This document shows, piece by piece, positions 29,730 through 38,685 of a stretch of 64,000 bases of DNA. Position 1 is the first letter of the stretch. Each line of letters begins with the position of its first letter. The position numbers and the translations under genes were made by a program. The stretch comes from a virus. Taxonomy: Duplodnaviria; Caudoviricetes. The notes under the pieces were generated by a model, which worked only from the letters and a program-made list of their open reading frames with translations, searched no databases and was not told where the DNA came from. The DNA lies in the IMG/VR virus record IMGVR_UViG_3300028832_000095, positions 32,001 through 96,000 of that record. The stretch is one strand, 5' to 3'.

Positions 29730-30325
29730 TTGTTTTGGAGAAGAAAAAGAAGATCAATAAAAAACTTATTGAAAAGAGTGTAAGAAACATCCTTCTTGCA
29801 CTCGGGGACGATCCGGATAGAGAAGGACTTCTGGAAACTCCAAAAAGAGTAGCAAAGATGTATGAAGAAGTATTTGAAGGAATGCTTTATACAAATGATG
29901 AGATTGCTACTATGTTTGATAAGTGTTTTGAAGACACCACTATGGGGGATTTGGTAATTGTAGACGATATTCCTATTTTTAGTTATTGTGAACATCATAT
30001 TGCGTTGATGTACGATCTTTCAGTAGCAGTAGCATATATTCCAAAGGGTCGTGTTATTGGGCTTTCCAAAGTAGCCCGTATTGCTGATATGGTAGGTAAG
30101 CGTTTACAGCTTCAGGAACGTATTGGTAGTGATATAATGGAAATTATGCAAAAGATTCTTAAAACAGATGATGTTGCTGTTATTATTCAAGGTCGTCATA
30201 GTTGTATGGCGGCAAGAGGAATTAAGAAACCTAGCATTACAAGGACTTGTGCATTGGGTGGAGAGTTTAGAAACAATGCAGCTCTTCGTCAAGAACTGTA
30301 TTCAAATCTTAACCATAAAAATTAA
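29726..30325 (+). CDS. folE: GTP cyclohydrolase I
   Basis: [38 protein letters not shown]. Confidence 0.95.
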   Translation: MIVLEKKKKINKKLIEKSVRNILLALGDDPDREGLLETPKRVAKMYEEVFEGMLYTNDEIATMFDKCFEDTTMGDLVIVDDIPIFSYCEHHIALMYDLSVAVAYIPKGRVIGLSKVARIADMVGKRLQLQERIGSDIMEIMQKILKTDDVAVIIQGRHSCMAARGIKKPSITRTCALGGEFRNNAALRQELYSNLNHKN

Positions 30326-30340
30326 GGAGGAAAATAAACA

Positions 30341-31429
30341 ATGGGATCTTTAACAATCAAAACTGGTGTTCTGCAAAACCTTATGTCGAAGGCAGTAAAG
30401 GGAGCATCAAACAGTAAATTCAATGTTCTTACAAGTCTGATGCACGTTAAACTGGAAAACGGGATTCTGTCTATGACAACGACTGACAGTGATAATTATC
30501 TTACACTTAAACAGAAGGACGTAACAGGTGATAACCTTTCATTTACTGTAAATGTAAATACATTCAGTAAACTTGTGTTTAAGACAAGCTCCGAAAATAT
30601 CAAGATCTCTGTTACAGATGATACGATTTCTGTTTCAGGAAACGGTACTTATAAAATTCCAATTCAACTGGATGTTGACGGATCTGAGATTAAGTATCCA
30701 ACTCATGAAATCAATAATCCTGAATATTCCGGAACAGTTAAGACATCTGTTCTTAAAACAATCGTTCAGTATAATAAACCGTCTCTTGCACTGACAATGG
30801 AGAAACCGTATCTCACTCGTTATATGTGTGCCGATGATTGTGTTATTTCTGGTGATGAGTATAATATTTGTAGAAATAATGTATCTACTTTTGGAACAAA
30901 AATTTTAGTATCCCCGGTTGTAATGGAACTTCTTTGTATGTGTGAGGAAGAGGATATTTCTTATAAGATTTATCAGAATAATGCATTGTTTGAAACAGAA
31001 TCTATGAAGCTGTTTGCAATGCTATCTGATGGAGTTGAAGAATATCCAGTAGACCTTATTAAAGGGATCACGGAAGCGGAATACCCATCTGATTGTGTGA
31101 TTCCAAAAACAACTATGATCAATGTCATTGATAGACTTTCAATCTTCATTAACGACGATGATCAGAATGGACTTTACATGACATTTACAAAGGACGGCAT
31201 TAAGATGGAGTCTATGAAGAATGACGGAGTGGAGTCTGTTCCATATCAAGGAAGTAATAACTTTAAGGACTTCACTTGCTGCGTTGGTGTTGATTCATTT
31301 AGAAAGCAGCTCGCATCAAGAACAGGAGAATCTGTCCATATCTATTATGGTGACGATTCTACACTCACTCTCAAAGAAGGAAATATTATTCAGGTAATTT
31401 CTTTACAGGAAGATCCTAGAATGGAATGA
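30341..31429 (+). CDS. dnaN: Sliding clamp, DNA polymerase III beta-like
   Basis: 362 aa; LSMTTTDSD, KYP and EEYP linkers; three-domain beta-clamp pattern. Confidence 0.75.
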   Translation: MGSLTIKTGVLQNLMSKAVKGASNSKFNVLTSLMHVKLENGILSMTTTDSDNYLTLKQKDVTGDNLSFTVNVNTFSKLVFKTSSENIKISVTDDTISVSGNGTYKIPIQLDVDGSEIKYPTHEINNPEYSGTVKTSVLKTIVQYNKPSLALTMEKPYLTRYMCADDCVISGDEYNICRNNVSTFGTKILVSPVVMELLCMCEEEDISYKIYQNNALFETESMKLFAMLSDGVEEYPVDLIKGITEAEYPSDCVIPKTTMINVIDRLSIFINDDDQNGLYMTFTKDGIKMESMKNDGVESVPYQGSNNFKDFTCCVGVDSFRKQLASRTGESVHIYYGDDSTLTLKEGNIIQVISLQEDPRME

Positions 31430-31440
31430 GGTAAATAAAT

Positions 31441-32406
31441 ATGCCCAAGATGAAATCACTTTTTAATGTGGATCGTCTTGTAAGTGGAAAGGATACCCCG
31501 ATTGAGGTATCCTTTCTACAAGATTTCGATTTCACACAAAGAAAGATGAATGAGTATGTTCCTCACTATTACTTTAAGAAAATAACACTCTCTGACTATC
31601 ATTCGGAAGACAAGATGACAAACATTGTTTGTTTAGATGTACTTCCAGAAGAATGTAAACCAGAAATGGTATATGAAACAAGTGATATTATATATCATAC
31701 AAATGATAATAATTATTATATTGGATGTTATTCTGATGGTAAACCTTCAAGAAGATATAAACCATCATTACTTCATTGTATCCGTCAAATGTATTATCAG
31801 ATAACTGGTGCGAATATGGATAAACAAAGTTCCAAGACAGGAGAGTTTTTATCCATATGTGAGTCCGGAACAGATAGGCATAAACGTATTCAAGAAGTTA
31901 TTTGTAATATGAAGAAACATGGCATTGATTGTGAGTATATTGATGTAGCAGATTATATTAAACAAAATAATTTGAATCTGGAAGTTGTAAGCAAAACAGA
32001 TTATGAAACAAAAGTCTATGACAAAGAACATAACATTATATTCCTTTGTGATGGCATTATAAAGTATAAGAACAGGCTTTTTGTGTTTGAGTGTAAAACA
32101 GAATCTTCTTTTAAAGCTATGGGAAGATCGGGTGTAGATGATTCTCATAAGTATCAAGCCTATACATACGCCCTTGAATTTGGAATTGATGATGTGTTGT
32201 TTGTATATGAGAATAGAGATATTTGCACCAAGAAAAGTTATATTTTACACGTTACAGATGAGAATAAACAGTTTATTTTAGATAGGATTAGTAGTTGTGA
32301 TGATTATGTAAAAATGAATATTGTTCCTCCAAAAGAGGAAACAGTGGATAAGAAGATTTGTCAGTATTGTGAATATAAAACACAATGTAAGGTGGATAAA
32401 GCATGA
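31441..32406 (+). CDS. Cas4/AddB-like PD-(D/E)XK exonuclease with Fe-S cysteines
   Basis: PSLLHCIRQMYY, GTDRH, DG..ECKT, Q..Y, CQYCEYKTQC. Confidence 0.8.
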   Translation: MPKMKSLFNVDRLVSGKDTPIEVSFLQDFDFTQRKMNEYVPHYYFKKITLSDYHSEDKMTNIVCLDVLPEECKPEMVYETSDIIYHTNDNNYYIGCYSDGKPSRRYKPSLLHCIRQMYYQITGANMDKQSSKTGEFLSICESGTDRHKRIQEVICNMKKHGIDCEYIDVADYIKQNNLNLEVVSKTDYETKVYDKEHNIIFLCDGIIKYKNRLFVFECKTESSFKAMGRSGVDDSHKYQAYTYALEFGIDDVLFVYENRDICTKKSYILHVTDENKQFILDRISSCDDYVKMNIVPPKEETVDKKICQYCEYKTQCKVDKA

Positions 32407-32915
32407 GAGCCGTAAATAGAGGAAAGGATTTTGAAAAAGCCATAAAGGAATGTTTTGAATCTGTTGAGAATGTTTCTTTTGACAGACTTCCTGATCCAAT
32501 GGCAGGTTATTCAGGAGTTCGCAATATTTGTGACTTCTCTATGTATCATTATCCTAATATGTTTTATCTGGAATGTAAATGCTTATATGGAAATACTCTT
32601 AACTATGCCGGAGCCATTACAAAGAATCAATGGGAAGGTATGTACGAAAAGAGTAAAATATTTGGTTGTGTTGCAGGAGTATGTGTTTGGTTTATTGACT
32701 ATGATCTAACGGTATTTGTAAATATCAAGGATCTATGGGAACATAGAAACTCAGGAGCTAAATCATTGAACATTCAGGATATTACTGGAGAGAACAGTGT
32801 TCCTCATTTCATTATAGACGGAGTTAAGAAAAAGGTAATGTTTAGATATTTCGGTGAGAGTGCTTTGAACAAACTTCATACAATAGCAAAAGAAACATGG
32901 GGTGATTCTAAATGA
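32403..32915 (+). CDS. recU: RecU-like Holliday junction resolvase
   Basis: NRGKDFE, CDF, LECK, NQW. Confidence 0.75.
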   Translation: MRAVNRGKDFEKAIKECFESVENVSFDRLPDPMAGYSGVRNICDFSMYHYPNMFYLECKCLYGNTLNYAGAITKNQWEGMYEKSKIFGCVAGVCVWFIDYDLTVFVNIKDLWEHRNSGAKSLNIQDITGENSVPHFIIDGVKKKVMFRYFGESALNKLHTIAKETWGDSK

Positions 32916-33433
32916 GTTGGAAAGACAGCTTGAACGAATATTTAGATAAAAGTGAATCCGATGCTGAGTATATTGATGATATTGTTTTTGCTATAACGAC
33001 CGATATCTGTAAAAAACTTGACGGATATGTTTCTTATGTTTCTCAGATTCTAAAAGATACCTCACACGCAATAACAGACGAAGAATTAGATGATATTATA
33101 ATGACAATACCAACATTAGTTTACTTTGTCAGTGAAGCACAGGAACGTATGGGAATCAGACAGGATGTGTCAGAAACTAATTACAAGAATCTATATAATA
33201 AGTATTATACACAAGCAGAAGGTACTGCTCAAATAAGAAAGTCTTATTGTGAGGGGTTATTAGAAAATGAAGCATTGGTATCCATAGTTTATAAGAAAGC
33301 GTATGATATTATTAAACAGAAAGTATCTATTGCGATTGAGTTGCTTCAATCTTCTAAAAAAGTTCTTTCTCGGAGGATGTCTGCAGCTGAACTTGAAAGA
33401 TCTGCACCGAATAAAGATAGGAGTGTGTTTTAA
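32912..33433 (+). CDS. Helical protein, possible UvsY-like recombination mediator
   Basis: Coiled-coil character; directly upstream of recA. Confidence 0.4.
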   Translation: MSWKDSLNEYLDKSESDAEYIDDIVFAITTDICKKLDGYVSYVSQILKDTSHAITDEELDDIIMTIPTLVYFVSEAQERMGIRQDVSETNYKNLYNKYYTQAEGTAQIRKSYCEGLLENEALVSIVYKKAYDIIKQKVSIAIELLQSSKKVLSRRMSAAELERSAPNKDRSVF

Positions 33434-34587
33434 TGTCTAAAACAGAGACACTGTTCAAAGAGTTTAATAAAAAGTGTAAAGCCGAATTATTCACAGTTGG
33501 TACAGCGGTACATAATTGTGAAAGAATACCTTTTAGTAGCCCTAGGGCAAACTATATGCTTTATGGAGGTATTCCAAGAGGTCGTATTACAGAATTTTCC
33601 GGAGAGGAAGGCTCGGGAAAAACAACTTCATCTATTGATATAGCCGCAAATGCACAAAAGATGTTCGAAACATCTTGGCAAGAAAAAATCAATAAGTATG
33701 AATCAATGGATAAGCTAACAAAAGAACAATCAACAGAATTATTAGAACTTCGTGATCGTGGTCCTCTTAAAGTGTTTTGGGTAGATTGTGAAAATACATT
33801 TGATGAAGAATGGGCAAGAGTTTTAGGACTTGATGTATCTAAAATATATTATATGTCTCCAGAATCACAAAGTGCAGAAGAAATATTTGAAATGGTAACA
33901 CAAATCATAGATACCGGGGAAATCGGTCTTTGTATCATTGATAGTCTTGGTATGATGGTATCACAACAGGAAATGGATAAGACCATTGAAGATTCCACAT
34001 ATGGTGGTATTTCAAGAGCTTTGACAAAATTCTCAAAGAAAGTTGAAACAGTTTGTGCCAGAACTAATTGTGCCTTAATTGGAATCAACCAAGTAAGAGA
34101 TAATCTTAATGCCGGATATGGTGGACCCACAACAGTCACTCCTGGTGGAAGATGTTGGAAGCACGTCTGTTCAGTTCGCTTACAGTTTAGACAAGGTACT
34201 CCATTTGATGAGAACTTTAAGGATGTTAAAAAAAGTGCAGAGAATCCATATGGACATAGAGTTCAGATTCATGTAGTAAAAACAAAGGTATGCAAACCAG
34301 ATAGGAAATTAGGTTTTTATACTCTTACTTATGATAAAGGAATAGTTCCTCTTGTAGATATTATTGATATTGCAATTTCTAGAGATGTTATTCATCAAGC
34401 CGGACCTTGGTTTACGTTTATTGATATTGATTCCGGAGAAATTCTTTGTAAAGAAGAAGATGGAAAACAAATTGAAATAAAGGTACAAGGTCAGGCAAAT
34501 CTAATACCCTTTTTACAAAAAGAGGAAAATGCTTATATTCTGGATATGATTCAGAGGTATGTAGACAAATTTACATATAATAAGTGA
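33433..34587 (+). CDS. recA: RecA/UvsX recombinase
   Basis: GGIPRGRITEFSGEEGSGKTT, IIDS, INQVR, TPGG..WKH, KTKV. Confidence 0.93.
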   Translation: MSKTETLFKEFNKKCKAELFTVGTAVHNCERIPFSSPRANYMLYGGIPRGRITEFSGEEGSGKTTSSIDIAANAQKMFETSWQEKINKYESMDKLTKEQSTELLELRDRGPLKVFWVDCENTFDEEWARVLGLDVSKIYYMSPESQSAEEIFEMVTQIIDTGEIGLCIIDSLGMMVSQQEMDKTIEDSTYGGISRALTKFSKKVETVCARTNCALIGINQVRDNLNAGYGGPTTVTPGGRCWKHVCSVRLQFRQGTPFDENFKDVKKSAENPYGHRVQIHVVKTKVCKPDRKLGFYTLTYDKGIVPLVDIIDIAISRDVIHQAGPWFTFIDIDSGEILCKEEDGKQIEIKVQGQANLIPFLQKEENAYILDMIQRYVDKFTYNK

Positions 34588-34597
34588 GGATTATGTT

Positions 34598-34972
34598 ATG
34601 ACAAATAAGGAACAACAATATTTGAAATCCCTTAAAGATTTAGAAAGCACTGCATCTGAAGGCGTACTAGAAAAATTATCTAAAGAAGAACGTGAAATAG
34701 TTTTAATATATAACGAAGCAGAAGGTTTCTGGGTAGCAGAAACAAGTATTCCAAAGTATTGGAGAAAATTAGAAAATAAGAATTGGATCTGCACAGGTAC
34801 TCAATACTATAAAGATGGAACCATATGCAGCAAAACCTTTAAGGGCAGCAAAAAAGGTGTGTCTGTTACAGATCCTTTCAAGGTTAGGGAAGTATCGGAA
34901 GAGAATCGTCAAAAAGCCCGAGAAAGGTTTATGAAAAGGAAATCGGAGGACACAGAGGATGAAGCTGAGTAA
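34598..34972 (+). CDS. Hypothetical phage protein
   Basis: ORF with RBS inside the operon. Confidence 0.6.
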   Translation: MTNKEQQYLKSLKDLESTASEGVLEKLSKEEREIVLIYNEAEGFWVAETSIPKYWRKLENKNWICTGTQYYKDGTICSKTFKGSKKGVSVTDPFKVREVSEENRQKARERFMKRKSEDTEDEAE

Positions 34973-36224
34973 ACAGCAACAAGAAATAGTTGACAGTACA
35001 TCTAAAAATATAATTGTAGATGCCGGATCCGGTTCTGGTAAGACTAGAACCTTAACTGAAAAAGTTAGGAAGATTCTAAATGACGGTGTTAATCCAAAAT
35101 CAATTGTAGTGATTACATTTACAAATCTAGCTGCTGATGAATTGAGAAGAAGAATATCTGACATTCCAAAATCAGATAAATGTTTTATTGGAACAATCCA
35201 TTCCTATGCAAATAAGCTACTCAAAAAGACAGGATACGAATACGACATATTCTCAGAATTCCACCAAACGGAGTTTATGAAAGCCCTTATACCAAAATAT
35301 GCAAGATATTGCACAATGGACGATTACTGTTTATTTGTAAAATACAGAAATAAGGTTCAAAGAGGAACAATGTCTGAATCTGAAATGCCGTATAAGTTTA
35401 CAGACATAAAGGTATATAAAGAAATACGTTATCTTCTTGGTGAGGAATCTAATTATAATTATACTGAAACTGTTAAAACATTATGTGAGTTAAACCACAT
35501 AATAACATTTGACGAGTTACTAAGACTTAGCACTTCCTATTTCGAGGATTCAAAAACAGTGTTAGAATATCTTTTTGTAGATGAATTACAAGACATCGGT
35601 TGGCTTGAATATGATTTTCTTAAAGGGTTAAATGCAACTCATAATTTCTGGATAGGAGATGACTTCCAATCAATATATGGGTTTAAGGGAGGGGATGTTA
35701 AGATATTCCTTTCTATTATGAATAATCCTGACTGGAAAACATACTATCTAACAGAGAATTATAGAACCCCAAAACTTGTTATGAACTATGCCAATATAAT
35801 CGTATCTAATGCCAAGAGTATAATAAAGAAAGATTGTATTTGTATGAGTAAGGTTAAGGGAGAGTTAAAGTTCAACTCAAAGAGTCAAATTGAGTCCTTT
35901 ATAGCATCTTTAGATAAAAATGAAAACTGGACATTCTTAACCAGAACAAATAAAGAATTATATGAGTTAGAAGGTAAATTCAAAAAACTAAAAGTACCAT
36001 ATTATTCTTTACAGCAACCAATAGAGTCAGAAGAAAAACGAAATCAGATTATGTCCGATAACAAAATAAAGTTAATGACAGTTCATAAGTCAAAAGGTTT
36101 GGAAGATGATAATATAGCCATATATGGAAAGTTTCCGATTAAGCCCACAAAGGATGAGGATGAGTATAAGGTATTCTATGTGGGGATAACAAGAACAAAA
36201 AATAAGTGTATTATTTTTGTGTGA
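34959..36224 (+). CDS. UvrD/Rep (SF1) helicase
   Basis: AGSGSGKT, ITFTN, GTIHS, VDELQD, GDDFQSIYGF, ENYR, TVHKSKGLE, YVGITR. Confidence 0.92.
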   Translation: MKLSKQQQEIVDSTSKNIIVDAGSGSGKTRTLTEKVRKILNDGVNPKSIVVITFTNLAADELRRRISDIPKSDKCFIGTIHSYANKLLKKTGYEYDIFSEFHQTEFMKALIPKYARYCTMDDYCLFVKYRNKVQRGTMSESEMPYKFTDIKVYKEIRYLLGEESNYNYTETVKTLCELNHIITFDELLRLSTSYFEDSKTVLEYLFVDELQDIGWLEYDFLKGLNATHNFWIGDDFQSIYGFKGGDVKIFLSIMNNPDWKTYYLTENYRTPKLVMNYANIIVSNAKSIIKKDCICMSKVKGELKFNSKSQIESFIASLDKNENWTFLTRTNKELYELEGKFKKLKVPYYSLQQPIESEEKRNQIMSDNKIKLMTVHKSKGLEDDNIAIYGKFPIKPTKDEDEYKVFYVGITRTKNKCIIFV

Positions 36225-36236
36225 TGGAGGTTTATT

Positions 36237-36833
36237 ATGTCAGATTTAAGAAAAGAGTTTATTGATCTTGTTGTTGACAATATTAACAGGGAGGGCATTG
36301 ATAACTTGCTTCGGTACCTTGACGAAAGTGGTTTTTATACATCTCCGGCAAGTACGAGGTATCATGGTTCTTATGAAGGTGGTCTTGTTGAACACAGCAT
36401 CAATGTCTACTATTCTCTCAAAGATATGTTAAAGTATATCTTTGCAGATACTCCAATTCCATATTCAGATGAAACTATTGCTATTGTATCACTATTCCAC
36501 GATCTGTGTAAGATTGGTAAATATAGAAAAGGTTTTAAAAATGTTAAAAATTCTGAAACTGGACAATGGGAGAAAGTAGAGTGTTTTGAGTACAATACAG
36601 AACACGATCCATTAGGACACGGTCCAGCATCTGTGTATAAAATTCAGAACTATATTAAGCTAACAGTAGAAGAGCAGCAAGCTATCCATTGGCATATGGG
36701 AGGATTTGATCTATCACAATATAATACAGTCGGAGATATGGGTAATACATATGAAAAGAATACACTAGCATTTGCTTTACATATAGCAGATATGATGTCA
36801 ACTTATGTCGTGGAGAATAAAAACTTACAATAA
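36237..36833 (+). CDS. HD-domain phosphohydrolase
   Basis: PASTRYH..GGLVEHS, LFHDLCK, GHG, WHM, HIAD. Confidence 0.85.
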   Translation: MSDLRKEFIDLVVDNINREGIDNLLRYLDESGFYTSPASTRYHGSYEGGLVEHSINVYYSLKDMLKYIFADTPIPYSDETIAIVSLFHDLCKIGKYRKGFKNVKNSETGQWEKVECFEYNTEHDPLGHGPASVYKIQNYIKLTVEEQQAIHWHMGGFDLSQYNTVGDMGNTYEKNTLAFALHIADMMSTYVVENKNLQ

Positions 36834-36849
36834 TTTGTATACTTTATAC

Positions 36850-36881
36850 AAAAATCCTCCTAGATAATAGGAGGATTTTTT
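36850..36881 (+). terminator. Rho-independent terminator
   Basis: aaaaatcctccta-gataa-taggaggattttt. Confidence 0.85.
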
Positions 36882-36903
36882 ATTTCCAATTTCAAAAATC
36901 TAC

Positions 36904-36932
36904 TTGACTTTTTTGAAGATATGTGTTATACT
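36904..36932 (+). promoter_or_regulatory. Sigma-A-type promoter
   Basis: TTGACT-17bp-TATACT; near-identical to the promoters at 11184 and 57440. Confidence 0.85.
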
Positions 36933-36988
36933 ATATTTACAAGTTAAACACTTGTATATCTTTATAAAATCTAGAGGAGGATTTCAAA

Positions 36989-37525
36989 ATGGCTTACAAT
37001 TTTAATAAACAGGGTTATTCATTACAGGAAGTATCCCAAATTCTTCATTGTAGTTACAGTACCACTCTTAGGCTGGTAGACAGTGGGAATCTCAACGCTC
37101 TTATTCAGGACGAGCTTACTGAAGGTGGTAGACGTAGAATAAGAATTACTCGTGATCAGTTGATAGATTATATGAGAAGAAATAGGAATAAAATTGCTCC
37201 TGAAACATTGGAAGCATTTAATGCACTCGACACGGCTGCTGAGAATTCTAATAAGGAACAAAGCACATCTAATTGTTTTATAAAGGGAGCCACAACAGAA
37301 CCTTGTGGTGTTTGGGCATCCCTTTATAAAAAGGAGTCTAAAACAGAGGAACCAAAAACAGAGAAAACAAATACAATCAAGGATAAGAAAACGTGTTCAA
37401 TCCTTGTTAATGGGAGAATTTGTGTATCTAACATTCTTCCGGAAACAGCAAGGACTATTATGGATGCCTTATTGCAGGACACGAATATTTCAATGAATTC
37501 TTTAACAATCGAATTCAAATATTGA
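36989..37525 (+). CDS. Excisionase-like HTH_17 DNA-binding protein
   Basis: YSLQEVSQILHCSYSTTLRLVDSGNL..RIRITRDQLIDYM. Confidence 0.75.
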   Translation: MAYNFNKQGYSLQEVSQILHCSYSTTLRLVDSGNLNALIQDELTEGGRRRIRITRDQLIDYMRRNRNKIAPETLEAFNALDTAAENSNKEQSTSNCFIKGATTEPCGVWASLYKKESKTEEPKTEKTNTIKDKKTCSILVNGRICVSNILPETARTIMDALLQDTNISMNSLTIEFKY

Positions 37526-37585
37526 TTTGTATACTTTGTATAAAAACTCAATTAAAAATCTTTTCTATTTTTACATATATACATC

Positions 37586-37614
37586 TTGACAAAACAAAGA
37601 AAATATGTTATACT
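37586..37614 (+). promoter_or_regulatory. Sigma-A-type promoter
   Basis: TTGACA-17bp-TATACT. Confidence 0.85.
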
Positions 37615-37669
37615 ATATATGTAAGTTAAAGGAAATAAAAAACCTTATAAATACTGAGGAGGGTATAGT

Positions 37670-37843
37670 ATGCATCAGGATAATAGAGACTACTTCGACT
37701 CCAAAACTTATAAAGTGGATAACATAAAGAGTGAATTAATTTCCTTATCCTACGATCTTGAGGAACATGGTTTTGTCCGTAAAGCCAAAAGTCTCAGAAC
37801 TATCGTAGAGAAGTTGGAACAGTGGGAACATACAAAAAAGTGA
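37670..37843 (+). CDS. Small 57-aa protein (absent from the ORF track)
   Basis: Own promoter; GAGGAGG RBS; MHQDNRDYFDSK...EQWEHTKK. Confidence 0.65.
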   Translation: MHQDNRDYFDSKTYKVDNIKSELISLSYDLEEHGFVRKAKSLRTIVEKLEQWEHTKK

Positions 37844-37906
37844 TGTGTGGTCTTTTTGTAGATTGTTTTGTGTAACAAATAGAAATAAAAAAATTTCAAA
37901 AACTAC

Positions 37907-37935
37907 TTGACAAAAATGAAATAATATGTTATAAT
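37907..37935 (+). promoter_or_regulatory. Sigma-A-type promoter of the tRNA/ncRNA island
   Basis: TTGACA-17bp-TATAAT. Confidence 0.9.
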
Positions 37936-38054
37936 ACAATTACACTAAGATGTGAATTGTACTTCTTATAGGGTATGGAGAGGGAAGAAAAAACCTTAAC
38001 ACTCAGGTTTTTCTAAATCATATGTTTGGATTTAGTTTTTTGAGAGTGTATTGA

Positions 38055-38127
38055 GTACCAGTAGCTCAGTTGGTAGAGCATATCCCTTTTAAGGATAGGG
38101 TCAAGGGTTCAAACCCCTTCTGGTACA
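38055..38127 (+). tRNA. tRNA-Lys(UUU)
   Basis: Acceptor gtaccag/ctggtac; anticodon arm tatcc-ctTTTaa-ggata; TTC loop. Confidence 0.92.
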
Positions 38128-38134
38128 TTTTGAT

Positions 38135-38222
38135 GGATCCTTAGCTCAACAGGTTAGAGCCAGCGTCTTATAAACACTAGGCCCTTACAAGGTATATCTG
38201 GGTTCGAGTCCCAGAGGATCCA
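38135..38222 (+). tRNA. tRNA with UAU anticodon (Ile by anticodon) and a long variable region
   Basis: ggatcct/aggatcc; agcgt-ctTATaa-acact; 19-nt variable region; ctggg-ttcgagt-cccag. Confidence 0.8.
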
Positions 38223-38229
38223 CTCAAAT

Positions 38230-38302
38230 TACTCCGTGGTGAAGTGGTAAACACATACGGCTTTGACCCGTACATTCGTTGGTTCAAATCCAACCGGAGT
38301 AA
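38230..38302 (+). tRNA. tRNA-Gln(UUG)
   Basis: tactccg/cggagta; tacgg-ctTTGac-ccgta. Confidence 0.9.
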
Positions 38303-38309
38303 TTCTTTT

Positions 38310-38384
38310 CGGAATGTAGATCAGTTTGGCTAGATCGCCACATTTGGGATGTGGAAGTCGCAGGTTCAAATCCTGTCATTCCGA
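38310..38384 (+). tRNA. tRNA-Pro(UGG)
   Basis: cggaatg/cattccg; ccaca-ttTGGga-tgtgg. Confidence 0.92.
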
Positions 38385-38386
38385 TT

Positions 38387-38527
38387 ATGTAATATAAGTG
38401 CTCCGGTTTTATACTACCTTGACGCTAGATAGAGGTGGAGGAAGGTGTAACAGAGTTACTTAAAGCTATTGCCTTTGAAAATCCAAGCAGGAGTTAAATG
38501 GAGTTTGATGAACAGCTTATATTATAT
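38387..38527 (+). ncRNA. Putative structured ncRNA between tRNA-Pro and tRNA-Leu
   Basis: 13-bp closing stem atgtaatataagt/gcttatattatat; internal ctcc/ggag and ctacct/aggtgg helices. Confidence 0.45.
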
Positions 38528-38529
38528 AT

Positions 38530-38615
38530 GCTACTGTGATGGAATGGCAGACATGAAAGACTTAAAATCTTTTGCCGGATACGGTGTGCGGGTTCAAGTC
38601 CCGCCAGTAGCACCA
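38530..38615 (+). tRNA. tRNA-Leu(UAA)
   Basis: gctactg/cagtagc plus ACCA; aaaga-ctTAAaa-tcttt; variable arm. Confidence 0.92.
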
Positions 38616-38685
38616 ATCCTCAAATTGTTGAGGATTATGTCATTTTCGTTTTGTTGTCTCCTTTTTTACTAATCTTATCTTTTTA

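Noticed and set aside
31441-32406. Cas4-like gene as evidence of CRISPR-Cas
   Set aside because: No cas1/cas2 or array; it sits in the recombination module, as solo phage Cas4-like nucleases commonly do
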